DNA from: Parcubacteria bacterium C7867-008 | GTDB lineage: Bacteria > Patescibacteriota > Minisyncoccia > Phycocordibacterales > Phycocordibacteraceae | Length of the DNA stretch: 64,000 nt | NCBI GenBank assembly: GCA_001189215.1 | Contig: LFCR01000004.1 | Location: forward strand, 249,635-313,634 | Direction of reading: 5' to 3' | Shown: positions 9,058-17,301 of the stretch, in pieces | Layout: every line of letters begins with the position of its first letter | Position numbering within the stretch: the stretch's first letter is position 1 | Notes under the pieces: model-generated | What the model was told of the DNA's origin: nothing | Database searches by the model: none | The model's input: only the letters and a program-made list of their open reading frames with translations | Translations under genes and position numbers: made by a program

Positions 9058-12000
9058 TTACGCATCTACGTCACGCACGTTCTCGATTGGCTCAATGTCG
9101 AGCGCGAGACCGCGGATCTGGTTAGTAAGTACGGAGAATGATGCAGGAGTTCCCGCATGGCTCACCGGTTCGCCCTTCACGATTGCATCGAAGGTCGCAG
9201 AGCGTCCCTGGATATCGTCAGACTTGATAGTGAGCATCTCGCGGAGAGTGTATGCCGATCCGTATCCAAGAAGTGCCCACACTTCCATTTCTCCGAAGCG
9301 CTGACCACCGTTCTGTGCCTTACCTCCAAGCGGCTGCTGGGTGATGAGGCTGTACGGGCCAATAGAGCGCATGTGGATCTTGTCTTCCACCATGTGATGG
9401 AGTTTCAAGATGTACATGTATCCAACAGAGATCGCCTGTGCGAATGCTTCACCAGAGCGTCCATCAAAGAGACGGAGCTTACCGGTCTTATCGAAGCCAG
9501 CCTTTACGAGCTCATCACGGATTTCATCTGCGCTTGCTCCAGCGAATGGAGGCACAACAGCCTGGTATCCGAGAGAGTTTGCAGCGAGTCCGAGGTGGAG
9601 CTCAAGAATCTGTCCGAGGTTCATACGTGATGGCACACCGAGTGGAGTGAGGATCACATCGATCGGATTACCGAGCTCATCGTATGGCATGTCCTCTACC
9701 GGAAGCACGCGGGAGATAACACCTTTGTTTCCGTGACGACCTGCGAGCTTATCGCCCACTGATACGTTACGAACCTGAGCGACGGTGACGACAATCTTCT
9801 TGATGATGCCACTCTCGAGTTGGTCACCTCGTTCACGGCTGAATACTTTCACGCCGATAACACGACCACGCTTTCCTCCTTCCATACGAAGTGAGGTGTC
9901 CTTAACGTCTTTCGCCTTGTCTCCGAAGATTGAGCGAAGGAGACGCTCTTCAGGAGTGAGCTGTGTTTCTCCCTTAGGAGTCACCTTGCCCACAAGGATG
10001 TCACCAGGACGTACTTCAGCACCGATACGGATAACACCTTCCTCATCGAGGTTCTTAAGACGCATCTCACCCACGTTAGGAATGTCATGCGTTGTTACTT
10101 CCGGACCAAGCTTGGTATCACGTACCGCTGCTTCGAAATCTTCGATGTGTACGGTGGTGAACTTAGAGTTCTGAACGAGACGCTCAGATACGATGATCGC
10201 GTCTTCGTAGTTAGCGCCGTTCCAGCTCATGAACGCAACACGTACGTTCTGACCGAGTGCCATCTGACCCTGATCAGAGCTTGAAGCATCTGCGAGCACA
10301 TCACCCTTCTTTACCTTGTCGCCAAGGAGAACGGATGGACGCTGGCTGAATGCTGAGTTCTGGTTAGTCTGGGTGAGTCCCTGGAGCTTGTACTCCTTCT
10401 TCTTCCCTTCCTTGTTGGTAACGGTTACGTGACGAGCGTCTACGTACGTTACTTCACCTGCTTCCTGTGCAAGCACAAGACGGCCAGTGTTACGCGCTGC
10501 ATGACCCTCGATGCCCGTAGACACGAGTGGTGCTTCTGGGATAAGAACCGGTGTTGCTTGCTTCTGCATGTTTGAACCCATGAGTGCACGGTTCGCGTCG
10601 TCGTGATCCACGAATGGAATCATCGCGGTCGCTGCAGAGAACATTTGGTAGGTTGAGGCGTCAATGAGTTCAATCTCACTGCGCTCAACGATAGCTGGTT
10701 CACCATTCTTACGAGCCTCGATAGAATCAGGAACAATACGTCCCTTGTCATCGATAGGGGTAGCAGCGTGTGCGATAACCTGCTCCTCTTCTTCAAGAGC
10801 GTTGAGGTACACCACCTCTTCCGTTACGACACCGTTCTTCACCTTTACGTACGGTGTTTCAATAACACCAAACTCGTTGGTTCGTGCATGAAGCGCGAGA
10901 CGAAGGATAAGGCCGATGTTCTGACCTTCCGGTGTGTGGATTGGGCAGAGACGACCGTAGTGTGATGGATGCACGTCACGCACTTCGAAGCCGGCACGCT
11001 CACGAGTGAGACCACCTGGACCAAGTGCTGAGAGCGTTCGCATGTTCTCGAGCTCAGCAAGAATATTCTGCTGGTCCATGAACTGTGAAAGCTGGTTAGC
11101 GGTGAAGAATTCACGAACCGATGCTTGAAGTGGACGAGGATTAACAAACGCCATCGGAAGAGTCGTTTCAGACTCAATGGTGCTCATACGATCCTGAATG
11201 TTGCGCTTCATGCGGCTCATACCAACACGCATACGTGCCTGGAGAAGTTCACCGACGAAACGAACACGACGGAAGCCGAGGTGATCAATATCATCAGGCT
11301 GTGCGTCTGGCGTTACGTTGAGGCGTGCGATCTCTGCAGTGATGCGAGTGAGGTCATCAAGGGTAAGGGCGCGCTGATCAAGAGACTTCTTGTCAGTTGG
11401 AAGACCGAAGCGTGCATTGAGGCGATGACGACCAACCTTTGAAAGGTCGTAGCGCTCAGGAGCGAAGAGGGTGTTTACGTACTGCTTCGCGTTATCTGGT
11501 GTAGCGAGGTCTCCATCGCGCATACGACGGTGAATCTCAACGTAGGCATCATCAACGGTCTTAGCGGTATCGTGTGCGATGGTTGCGCTAATTGCAGCGA
11601 GTGCAATAGGATCCTTCGCAAAGATGCCCATGATGTCCTCCTTGGTTCCTGCACCAAAGATGGTGAGAAGGTTGGTCATTGGGAAACGACGCTTGCGGTC
11701 GATCTTGACGAAGATCGCACCATCAACATCGGTTTCAATCTCAATCCAGACACCACGTGCTGGAAGGATTTTCGCACCGAAGTACGACTTACCCTTTACT
11801 TCCTCTGAAGCGAAAAAAGCACCGAATGAACGAGCGAGCTGGGGAACGATTGCACGCTCAACACCAGATACGATAAAGGACCCGTGTGGGGTCATCATTG
11901 GAATATCTGCAAGGAAGATGTCCTGAGTCTTCTCAGAACCAAATGTCTTGTTGACGAGAGTAACAGTTGCCTTAAGAGGTGCTTCGTATGTGCGCATGTT

Positions 12001-12240
12001 CTCACGCGCAGATTCCTCATCACCCTTTGGCTCACCTACTTCGAAACCATCGAAGCGGAGTTCAAACTTCTTATTTGAATAATCGCTAATCGGAGAGAAC
12101 TCATTGAACAGCTCCTTGAGACCATCGCGGAGGAACCATTCAAATGATTCGCGCTGATGACCCACAAGATCCGGGAACTCAACGCGTGGCGCGCGGTACG
12201 CGCCGAACGTTTTCTGAACGAGCGTTTTTGCCTTCGGCAT
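9058..12240 (-). CDS. rpoB: RNA polymerase beta subunit
   Basis: GDKLAGRHGNKGV, GGQRFGEMEVWAL, RDVHPSHYGRLCP. Confidence 0.98.
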   Translation of the reverse strand: MPKAKTLVQKTFGAYRAPRVEFPDLVGHQRESFEWFLRDGLKELFNEFSPISDYSNKKFELRFDGFEVGEPKGDEESARENMRTYEAPLKATVTLVNKTFGSEKTQDIFLADIPMMTPHGSFIVSGVERAIVPQLARSFGAFFASEEVKGKSYFGAKILPARGVWIEIETDVDGAIFVKIDRKRRFPMTNLLTIFGAGTKEDIMGIFAKDPIALAAISATIAHDTAKTVDDAYVEIHRRMRDGDLATPDNAKQYVNTLFAPERYDLSKVGRHRLNARFGLPTDKKSLDQRALTLDDLTRITAEIARLNVTPDAQPDDIDHLGFRRVRFVGELLQARMRVGMSRMKRNIQDRMSTIESETTLPMAFVNPRPLQASVREFFTANQLSQFMDQQNILAELENMRTLSALGPGGLTRERAGFEVRDVHPSHYGRLCPIHTPEGQNIGLILRLALHARTNEFGVIETPYVKVKNGVVTEEVVYLNALEEEEQVIAHAATPIDDKGRIVPDSIEARKNGEPAIVERSEIELIDASTYQMFSAATAMIPFVDHDDANRALMGSNMQKQATPVLIPEAPLVSTGIEGHAARNTGRLVLAQEAGEVTYVDARHVTVTNKEGKKKEYKLQGLTQTNQNSAFSQRPSVLLGDKVKKGDVLADASSSDQGQMALGQNVRVAFMSWNGANYEDAIIVSERLVQNSKFTTVHIEDFEAAVRDTKLGPEVTTHDIPNVGEMRLKNLDEEGVIRIGAEVRPGDILVGKVTPKGETQLTPEERLLRSIFGDKAKDVKDTSLRMEGGKRGRVIGVKVFSRERGDQLESGIIKKIVVTVAQVRNVSVGDKLAGRHGNKGVISRVLPVEDMPYDELGNPIDVILTPLGVPSRMNLGQILELHLGLAANSLGYQAVVPPFAGASADEIRDELVKAGFDKTGKLRLFDGRSGEAFAQAISVGYMYILKLHHMVEDKIHMRSIGPYSLITQQPLGGKAQNGGQRFGEMEVWALLGYGSAYTLREMLTIKSDDIQGRSATFDAIVKGEPVSHAGTPASFSVLTNQIRGLALDIEPIENVRDVDA

Positions 12241-12528
12241 AGGGTACGTGAAAGTGAAGTACGGAAACGCGAAATGGGCTCATATACGCATGAGCCGCGT
12301 CCCTCGTTTTCCGAGACGCTTAATAAATCGATTCTTTATACTGAGAAGCCCTTCTCCCGCCAGAGTGCCTGCCACCACTCAATCCGTTCTGGTTAAAGAT
12401 AGTATAAGTGGGGTCTGGGAGGTCGTCAAGTGAGTATTGAGTGAAATAGGGATACATAAGAAAAGGCGGGCTCACGTGTTCGTGATACCCGCCCTGCTTC
12501 TTTGTATTCCCACCATCAATCCTTGTGT

Positions 12529-12900
12529 CTAGAGATTCGGACGAAATCTGCCCTCGTCATAGGGCCAGCCCTGGCGAACCACGAATCCCGAGTCCTCCAC
12601 GTAGGGCATCATTTCCGGCTCCTCGTTTCTGCGAAAGGCCAAGAAGAAGAAAGTTAGGGACGATCCAAGAAGGTAGCCCGTCAGCATGGCCACAGCCACG
12701 CAGATGAGTTGGCTTCCGTCCCAGTAGGCTGGTTCATTGATCGAGTCCGCGTGACGTGCGACCGAACCAGCTGAGAGGTAGGCGAGTATGGCCAAAGCCA
12801 GCTTCACGAAGTGATGTCGTAGGGACCGAAGTCCCCCTCCACCAAACACCACGACCACAGTGATCGCAGTGATAATCAGGAACGCTGTCGTTGCTATCAT
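12529..12900 (-). CDS. Hypothetical membrane protein (about 3 TM segments)
   Basis: Hydrophobic ORF with GGGGA SD, its own TTGACA-17-TATATT promoter (~12984-13012) and downstream hairpin. Confidence 0.6.
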   Translation of the reverse strand: MIATTAFLIITAITVVVVFGGGGLRSLRHHFVKLALAILAYLSAGSVARHADSINEPAYWDGSQLICVAVAMLTGYLLGSSLTFFFLAFRRNEEPEMMPYVEDSGFVVRQGWPYDEGRFRPNL

Positions 12901-13028
12901 CTCAATCCCCCAACGGAGTAGTTGATGAATGTTGCAAAAGCACTTGGGAGAAGCCCAAGCACCGGACTAGTAGCTGAAAACAAATATACCCTGTTTAGGG
13001 GTACTTGTCAATAGTATGAATATGTGTC

Positions 13029-13709
13029 CTATTTAGGACCCTTCTTTGCTACCTTCCATTCGTCTATCTTGGCTCGATGCCCAGAAAGAAGTATGGGAGG
13101 AACCTTGTACTTCTTCCCTTCATGATCAATTACTTCTGGGCGTGTGTATACGGCATTAGATGCAACACGCCGTTCCTCTACAGATTCATCCTTTCCAAGT
13201 ACCCCTGGAATGCGGCGAGTAACAGCATCTACTATTGCCATGGCGGGAACTTCACCTCCGGTAAGGGTCGCCTCCCCTACGGAGTAGGTAAGAAACTTAG
13301 AACCCGTCTTCCCTTTTAGAAAGGCTTTAAGCATGGAGACTGCACGATCATCAATACCCTCATAGCGTCCGCATACAAGGACGACATCATCAAACTTGAT
13401 GAGCGCATCTGCTTCTTTGTTGGTGAATGCTTTTGCACCAGGAACAAACCAAATTATCGCTGTCTTTCCATTACGGCGTGTGAGAGCTTTCTTAACTGCC
13501 TTCACCACTGGAAGTGCTGTCATAACCATGCCGGGACCACCACCATATGGCCGCTCGTCTACCTTGCCCCATTTATTAGAGACGTAGGTACGAGGACTCT
13601 GATAATCCACTTTAATCTTCTTTGCTTCACGGGCGCGACCAAGGATAGACGCATTAAGATATGCGTCACAGACTTCTGGAAAAAGAGTTATGAGATGGAA
13701 GCGTAGCAT
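13029..13709 (-). CDS. trmD: tRNA (guanine37-N1)-methyltransferase
   Basis: VDERPYGGGPGMVM, CGRYEGIDDR, LTGGEVPAM. Confidence 0.95.
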   Translation of the reverse strand: MLRFHLITLFPEVCDAYLNASILGRAREAKKIKVDYQSPRTYVSNKWGKVDERPYGGGPGMVMTALPVVKAVKKALTRRNGKTAIIWFVPGAKAFTNKEADALIKFDDVVLVCGRYEGIDDRAVSMLKAFLKGKTGSKFLTYSVGEATLTGGEVPAMAIVDAVTRRIPGVLGKDESVEERRVASNAVYTRPEVIDHEGKKYKVPPILLSGHRAKIDEWKVAKKGPK

Positions 13710-13715
13710 CGAGAG

Positions 13716-14021
13716 CTAGACGCCCAGATCACTGATCACGTCATCGAGAGGACGATCCTCACCGAATCGCTTACCGCCTGCTGGCTCGTTTATCTTCATG
13801 TTCACACGAGCGTTGTGCTTCATACCCACAACACGAAGGAGGGTACGGAGGGCCTTTGCGATGTTTCCATCACGACCAATGATCTTGCCCATATCGTCTG
13901 GAGAAACGGTAAGAGTAAGGAGTACACCCATCTCATCAACAGTGCGTGTTACGACTACCGCGTCTTGGTTGTCGACGAGCGCTTTAACTACGTATTCTAG
14001 AAATGCTTGATCTGTGTCCAT
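13716..14021 (-). CDS. khpA: KH-domain RNA-binding protein
   Basis: DMGKIIGRDG..AKALRTLL KH motif; rpsP-khpA-trmD synteny. Confidence 0.9.
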   Translation of the reverse strand: MDTDQAFLEYVVKALVDNQDAVVVTRTVDEMGVLLTLTVSPDDMGKIIGRDGNIAKALRTLLRVVGMKHNARVNMKINEPAGGKRFGEDRPLDDVISDLGV

Positions 14022-14103
14022 AGAGTTTCAGAGTTACGGGATATCGGTTCAGGATTGCACGAAGGGAACGAAAATAAGATGAAGGCGCCAAAGCGCACTT
14101 CCC

Positions 14104-14574
14104 TTATGCAGCTGGCTCTTCAGCAGGAGTCTCCTCTGCTGCAGCTTCTGTAGGTGCTTCTTCAACAGCTGCCTCTTCTACTGGAGCTTCCTCAACAGTA
14201 GCGACTTCTTCAGGAGTTACCTCAACTACCTCTTCAGCAGCAGGTGCTTCAGCAACAGGTGCTGGAGCAGGAGCTGCTACTTCAACAGGAGCTGGTGCTG
14301 GGAAGGTCTTCTTAGGAAGAACATTGATCTTCTTTCCTTCGAATACACCCTTAGCGATAAGGAGGTTCATAAGTGAAGGAGAAACCTGTGCACCCTTAGC
14401 AACCCAATCCTTAATACGCTCAGGCTGTAGGGTTACAGCCTTAGTCTTAGGGTTATAGGTACCAACGAGGTCCACATACTTGCCTGCCTTAGGGCCAGAC
14501 GCCTTCTCGAGCACGAGCATACGAAAAGCCGGGTCATTCTTTCGGCCAATGCGCTGGAAACGGATCATCAACAT
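14104..14574 (-). CDS. rpsP: 30S ribosomal protein S16 with acidic C-terminal extension
   Basis: MLMIRFQRIGRKNDPAFR...GTYNP...WVAKGAQVS. Confidence 0.93.
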   Translation of the reverse strand: MLMIRFQRIGRKNDPAFRMLVLEKASGPKAGKYVDLVGTYNPKTKAVTLQPERIKDWVAKGAQVSPSLMNLLIAKGVFEGKKINVLPKKTFPAPAPVEVAAPAPAPVAEAPAAEEVVEVTPEEVATVEEAPVEEAAVEEAPTEAAAEETPAEEPAA

Positions 14575-14584
14575 AGTGAGGCCA

Positions 14585-14613
14585 ACAATACCAGATGGGG
14601 CCGGTAGAGTCAA
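14585..14613 (-). promoter_or_regulatory. sigma-70 promoter of rpsP
   Basis: TTGACT-17 nt-TATTGT about 10 nt upstream of the ATG. Confidence 0.65.
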
Positions 14614-14631
14614 AGCGGGAGAGGCTGAAAT

Positions 14632-14750
14632 AAAAAAGGGGGGTGGCTGTCCGGACAGCCACCCCCAAGTCTTCAGGTGTGTATCGCTGCGTTTGGGGTT
14701 GCCGGATTGGGCGGGGTGGCCGTCCGGCGATAGTCACGCAGGTCAACACA
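14632..14750 (-). ncRNA. Candidate structured RNA / attenuator upstream of rpsP
   Basis: TATACT -10 at 14754-14759, long imperfect hairpin, 28-bp palindromic terminator with U-tract, internal 15-nt repeat of the terminator arm. Confidence 0.5.
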
Positions 14751-14812
14751 AGAAGTATAGCGGATACCTATAAATGTAAAATGAAGCACAATCTGCTACA
14801 GTGCTTCTATCT

Positions 14813-16801
14813 ATGGCAATTGCACAAGGTTCTATATTCGAAGGACCAATCACCGTTATTCGATCAGGTAAAGGATTCTTTAAGATTCCTGACTCCGAAG
14901 AGGAGCTCTTTGTACCAGGTGAAAACCTTGGCACCGCTTTTCCGGGAGACACCGTAAAGATCCAGGTATCTGGAACTAACACCGATCCTAAGTCTGCTGA
15001 GATTCGTTCCACCGGCAATGTACTCAGCGTTGTTAAGCGTGCACGTGAGACCTTTGTGGGGACTATCGTTCCTTCAGACCCGGCGAATGATTTCGGTCTT
15101 CCGGGACAATTCTTCCTGATGCCAGACTTTAAGAAGATGTATACGCCATTCCTTATGGTGGGAGACTCTATGCCGGTTGGCCAGAAGGTAGTTGCACGGT
15201 TTGAAGCATGGGAGAAAGGCCAGCTACGTCCTAGCGCTTCACTCGTTGAGATCATTGGTCCAGCGGGGGTACATGAGACAGAAATGCGTGCACTCGCTCT
15301 GTCACAAGGATTCAGTTCTAACTTCCCTCCTGGCGTAGAGAAAGAAGCAGCTGAACTTGATACTAGCGGTAAAGATCAACTTGCCACTGAAGTTGAGGCT
15401 GCGGTTACTTCTGGCGCACGTCGCGATTTCCGTACTACAACGACATTTACGATCGACCCGTACGACGCGAAGGACTTCGACGATGCTCTTTCAGTTCGTG
15501 AACTTACTGATGGAAATACGGAGATTGGTGTACACATTGCGGATGTATCCTTCTATGTTCGCCCTGGTACTGCTATCGACGATGAGGCACGTGAGCGCGC
15601 AACGTCTGTGTACCTTGTAGATCGGACCATCCCAATGCTTCCAGAGGTACTTTCAAATAATCTCTGTTCCCTTAATCCGAACGAAGATCGTCTCGCGGTA
15701 TCTGCCGTGTTCGTGCTTAATAAGAACGCAGAGATTGTTGAGGAATGGTTTGGTGAAACAGTGATCCATTCAGACAAACGCTTCACATACGAGAACGCAC
15801 AGGAAGTTCTCGACAATAATGAGGGTGAATACCTAAAGGAACTTGTTACCCTTCGTGATCTTGCAGATAAGATCCGTGCTCGTCGTGTTGCAAAGGGTGC
15901 TATCGCATTTGATACCCCAGAGATCAAGGTAAAGCTTGATGAGAACGGTAAGCCTATTGAAGTACTTCTTAAAGAGCGTCGTGCAACAAACCTCCTCATT
16001 GAAGACTTCATGCTCCTTGCAAACGAGCATGTGTCTGAATACCTCACCAAGAAAGGTGAAGCTGCTGGTCTTGAAGGCAGTGTTGTCTATCGTGTACACG
16101 ATGTACCGGATGCTGATCGTATTGAGAACCTTACGCAGTTCCTCAAAGTACTTGGGTACCACCTCGAATCTCAGAACGGAAAGGTTAAGGGTGCCGCTAT
16201 CAATGCGCTCCTTGATAGTGTGGTTGGAAAGCCTGAGGAGTATCTCATCAAAGTCTCTGCACTTCGTTCAATGGCGAAAGCGATATACAGCACTAAGAAT
16301 ATTGGACACTTCGGTCTCGCCTTTGAGTTCTACTCACACTTCACCTCCCCTATTCGCCGGTATCCAGACCTTCTCACCCACCGCATGGTTAAGCACTATG
16401 CAGAGCGTGAAAAGATCACCAAGACTGAAATTGCAGAACTCGAAGGTCTTGCACAACACTCAAGCGAACGAGAGGTATCAGCAGCTGAAGCAGAGCGTGA
16501 CTCTGTAAAGATGAAGCTGGTTGAATTCATGGCCGATAAGGTTGGTGAAGAATTTGATGCAGTGATCTCAGGTGTATCTGATCGCGGTCTATACGTAGAG
16601 CTTACAGAGACTCATGCAGAAGGACTCCTAAATGTGCGCGGCCTCGGTGATGATTACTTTGATCATGATCAGAAGCGGTACCGTCTTGTTGGTCGTCGTA
16701 CTAAGAAAGAATACGTTCTTGGTAATCCGATTCGTGTGAAGCTCATTGCCGCTCGTGTGCAGGATAAGGAACTGGATTTTGCACTTGCTGAGAATAATTA
16801 A
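14813..16801 (+). CDS. rnr: Ribonuclease R (RNB family)
   Basis: TIDPYDAKDFDDA, IEDFMLLAN, HFTSPIRRYPDL, C-terminal S1 domain. Confidence 0.92.
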   Translation: MAIAQGSIFEGPITVIRSGKGFFKIPDSEEELFVPGENLGTAFPGDTVKIQVSGTNTDPKSAEIRSTGNVLSVVKRARETFVGTIVPSDPANDFGLPGQFFLMPDFKKMYTPFLMVGDSMPVGQKVVARFEAWEKGQLRPSASLVEIIGPAGVHETEMRALALSQGFSSNFPPGVEKEAAELDTSGKDQLATEVEAAVTSGARRDFRTTTTFTIDPYDAKDFDDALSVRELTDGNTEIGVHIADVSFYVRPGTAIDDEARERATSVYLVDRTIPMLPEVLSNNLCSLNPNEDRLAVSAVFVLNKNAEIVEEWFGETVIHSDKRFTYENAQEVLDNNEGEYLKELVTLRDLADKIRARRVAKGAIAFDTPEIKVKLDENGKPIEVLLKERRATNLLIEDFMLLANEHVSEYLTKKGEAAGLEGSVVYRVHDVPDADRIENLTQFLKVLGYHLESQNGKVKGAAINALLDSVVGKPEEYLIKVSALRSMAKAIYSTKNIGHFGLAFEFYSHFTSPIRRYPDLLTHRMVKHYAEREKITKTEIAELEGLAQHSSEREVSAAEAERDSVKMKLVEFMADKVGEEFDAVISGVSDRGLYVELTETHAEGLLNVRGLGDDYFDHDQKRYRLVGRRTKKEYVLGNPIRVKLIAARVQDKELDFALAENN

Positions 16802-16804
16802 ATG

Positions 16805-16836
16805 CGAAACCCCCTTACTTAAAAGGGGGTTTTTCG
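16805..16836. terminator. Bidirectional intrinsic terminator
   Basis: cgaaacccccttacttaaaagggggtttttcg. Confidence 0.7.
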
Positions 16837-16986
16837 TTTAATTCTCAACTTAATTAAACGCAATGCAGACCGGATTGTCTGGATAGATTTGCGGACACCT
16901 TCAGATAGTAATCTCCGAATGTTCTGTACTAGAGCAGTGATTCCATTGCGATCATTTCATATGGTCAGCGAAGGCGCGGAGTGTAG

Positions 16987-17202
16987 TTAGGTAGACTTAG
17001 GCGAATACCAGGTCCGTCTCCGATAGATATGCGGTTTTCGAAACTGGGATTGTATTTTCCTAGACTCACTCTTGTGTGCCACAGCTAGGTGGTACCACAA
17101 GCGTGTAGACCAGTCTTTATCATCCTTGTCTTTGAGTGGATCAACCTTCAAAGTCGTCCATTCGCAGAAACGGCACTTAACTCGTTCGTCGCTGTTTTGC
17201 AT
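16987..17202 (-). CDS. Small C2H2 zinc-finger-like protein
   Basis: CRFC...HLAVAH spacing; AGAGGA SD; TTGACT/TATATT promoter upstream. Confidence 0.6.
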   Translation of the reverse strand: MQNSDERVKCRFCEWTTLKVDPLKDKDDKDWSTRLWYHLAVAHKSESRKIQSQFRKPHIYRRRTWYSPKST

Positions 17203-17301
17203 TGCATATCCTCTCTGATGTCAGAATGGAGTGATGCCTGCTAACCACGAGTAGATCTATTTTCCTTTTGGAATATACGCTTTAATGTATAAAAGTCAAA
17301 T

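Noticed and set aside
5300-12240. Many antisense ORFs within rpoB/rpoC (also dnaE, gyrB, smc)
   Set aside because: Expected shadows of codon bias with no independent signals
14632-14750. SRP (4.5S) RNA, suggested by its position near rpsP
   Set aside because: Conserved helix-8 GGAA tetraloop and flanking motifs not found on either strand
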